Source: Candidatus Fervidifonticultor quintus
Lineage (GTDB): Bacteria; Sysuimicrobiota; Sysuimicrobiia; Sysuimicrobiales; Humicultoraceae
Reading direction: 5' to 3'
Length of the DNA stretch: 51,063 nucleotides
NCBI GenBank assembly: GCA_031459535.1
Contig: JAVKIJ010000013.1
Location: forward strand, 1 to 51,063
The translations under genes and the position numbers were made by a program. The notes below the pieces were generated by a model, which had not been told where the DNA came from, ran no database searches, and was given only the letters and a program-made list of their open reading frames with translations. Of this stretch, positions 49,615 through 51,063 are shown one piece after another (the stretch's first letter is position 1; every line of letters starts with the position of its first letter).

Positions 49615-51063
49615 CTACCGTTCGACGGTCGCCTCCTCCAGGTAGTACAACGCGCCATTGCCGATGACCCGAAAGCCTTTGACGTACCCCTGGAGCACCT
49701 GGGTCTCCATCGGATTGTACAGGAAGACGGCCGGCGCCGCCTCGACCAGCGCCTTCTCCAGCTCGGCGTAGATCGGCCTGCGCGCGGCGGGGTCGAGGTT
49801 GACGCGGCCCCGCTCCAGCAGCCGGTCGATGGCGCTATCCTTGAACAGGAAGTTGTTCACGGCACCGGTGCTGTGAAAGGTACGGTACAGGAACCGATCG
49901 GGGTCGGGATCGCCGCCGCGCAGCTCGATCATCGTATCAAAGTCGCGCTGGACCCACCGGTTGATGTACGTCCCCCACTCGATGGTCTCCAGGGTGGCCG
50001 TCACGCCGATGGCCCGGAGCTGTTCCTGGATCACCTGGGCCACCGCCACCCCGCCTTCGTAGGTGGGCGAAGTCACGATGCGGGTGGAGAACCCCTGCGG
50101 GTAACCGGCCTCTGCCAGCAACCGCCTGGCCCGGCTGATGTCCGGTGTGTAGGACGGCAGGCGGCTCGTCGGCGTGGCCCACGGTGTGGGCGCCGCGATC
50201 GGACCCGAGACGGCCGCGAAGCCGAACTCGGCGGTGTTCACGATCGCCTGTCGATCGATGGCCCAGGCGAACGCAAACCGCACGCGCGGATCATCGTATG
50301 GCTTCCGGCTGGTGTTGAACGAAAAGATGCGCAGGTTGATGCCGGGCTTCTGGAGCACCTGCAGACCGGCCTCGCGCTTGGCCGCCACGATGACCGAGCC
50401 CTGGTTGATGGTGGCCATGTCCAGGGACCGGGTCCGCACACCGGCCAGCAGCGAAGCCTGGTCCGGGATCACCCTGATGATCAGCGTGTCGAACTTGGGC
50501 AGGCCTCGGCGGAAATAGTTGGGGTTCCGGGTCAGGCGCATGAAGTTGTCTGGAACCCACTCGGCCAGCATGAACGGCCCGGTGCCGGCCACAGTGCGCT
50601 GCAGATTGCCGGCCCGCTGGACCGCTGCGCGCTCCACGATGGACAGGTTGGCCGACGCCAGGCCCGAGAGCAGCGACGCCAGCGGATACTGCATCTTGAT
50701 GCGGACCGTGTACCGATCGGGAGTCTCGATCGCTGTGATCACGTCGATAAATGAGCGGCCGGGCGACCGGGTGGCCGGGTCGAGGACGCGCTCCAGCGTG
50801 AACTTCACGTCCTCGGACGTCATCTCGGCACCGCTGTGGAACTTCACACCTCGACGCAGCCGGAACACCGCCGTGCGCGGGTCCGGGAACTCCCACGACT
50901 CGGCCAGATCGGGCTCGATCTCGAGCTTGTCGTTGTACCGGACCAGCTTGTTGTACAGGAAGTCGATGCGGCGGAACGACGAGAAGGCCGTCACGAGGTT
51001 GGGGTCCAACCCGACGACCTCTTGATCGACCCCGATCGTGAACGTGACTCCGGCCGGGCCGGC
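49615..51063 (-). CDS. ABC transporter substrate-binding protein, family 5 (5'-partial)
   Basis: PDLAESW, LRRGVKFHSG, GTGPF, WAIDR; frame stays open to the window end. Confidence 0.93.
   Translation of the reverse strand, partial: AGPAGVTFTIGVDQEVVGLDPNLVTAFSSFRRIDFLYNKLVRYNDKLEIEPDLAESWEFPDPRTAVFRLRRGVKFHSGAEMTSEDVKFTLERVLDPATRSPGRSFIDVITAIETPDRYTVRIKMQYPLASLLSGLASANLSIVERAAVQRAGNLQRTVAGTGPFMLAEWVPDNFMRLTRNPNYFRRGLPKFDTLIIRVIPDQASLLAGVRTRSLDMATINQGSVIVAAKREAGLQVLQKPGINLRIFSFNTSRKPYDDPRVRFAFAWAIDRQAIVNTAEFGFAAVSGPIAAPTPWATPTSRLPSYTPDISRARRLLAEAGYPQGFSTRIVTSPTYEGGVAVAQVIQEQLRAIGVTATLETIEWGTYINRWVQRDFDTMIELRGGDPDPDRFLYRTFHSTGAVNNFLFKDSAIDRLLERGRVNLDPAARRPIYAELEKALVEAAPAVFLYNPMETQVLQGYVKGFRVIGNGALYYLEEATVER

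Overview
GC-rich bacterial chromosome segment. Gene content and order (rho-rpmE-tdk-prfA-prmC-sua5-rpiB-glyA-upp, an SLH protein) suggest a Terrabacteria lineage such as Armatimonadota/CSP1-3 (inference only). From left to right it holds: the left end of an IS5 element; a 4-gene ketosynthase cluster (MTase, FAD oxidoreductase, SRPBCC, FabF-like KS); housekeeping genes (pth, rplY, rbsK); a phosphate operon; a DEAD-box helicase; a glnA/nitrilase/peptide-ABC/RraA cluster; a PlsY-acyl-ACP-reductase fusion; upp, an inverted glyA, rpiB, prmC, prfA and tdk; a decaying island of secreted proteins; rpmE, a LysM-M23 peptidase, rho, transaldolase, an SLH protein and argS; and a peptidoglycan-recycling operon (anmK, murQ, kinase, serine hydrolase, ABC transporter). 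The strongest signal is the phosphate operon. It combines a receiver-less DUF47/PhoB-type winged-helix fusion, phoU, pyrophosphatase and a phosphoesterase with a thioredoxin-type ArsC whose catalytic Cys codon is an in-frame TGA followed by a SECIS-like hairpin (predicted selenoprotein, missed by the ORF track). Other signals are ATT/ATC start codons with ideal SD spacing, two structured 5' leaders, nested domain insertions in the SLH protein and several lesions in the island. No tRNA, rRNA or CRISPR array was seen. All family assignments come from motif recognition by eye; no database search was run.
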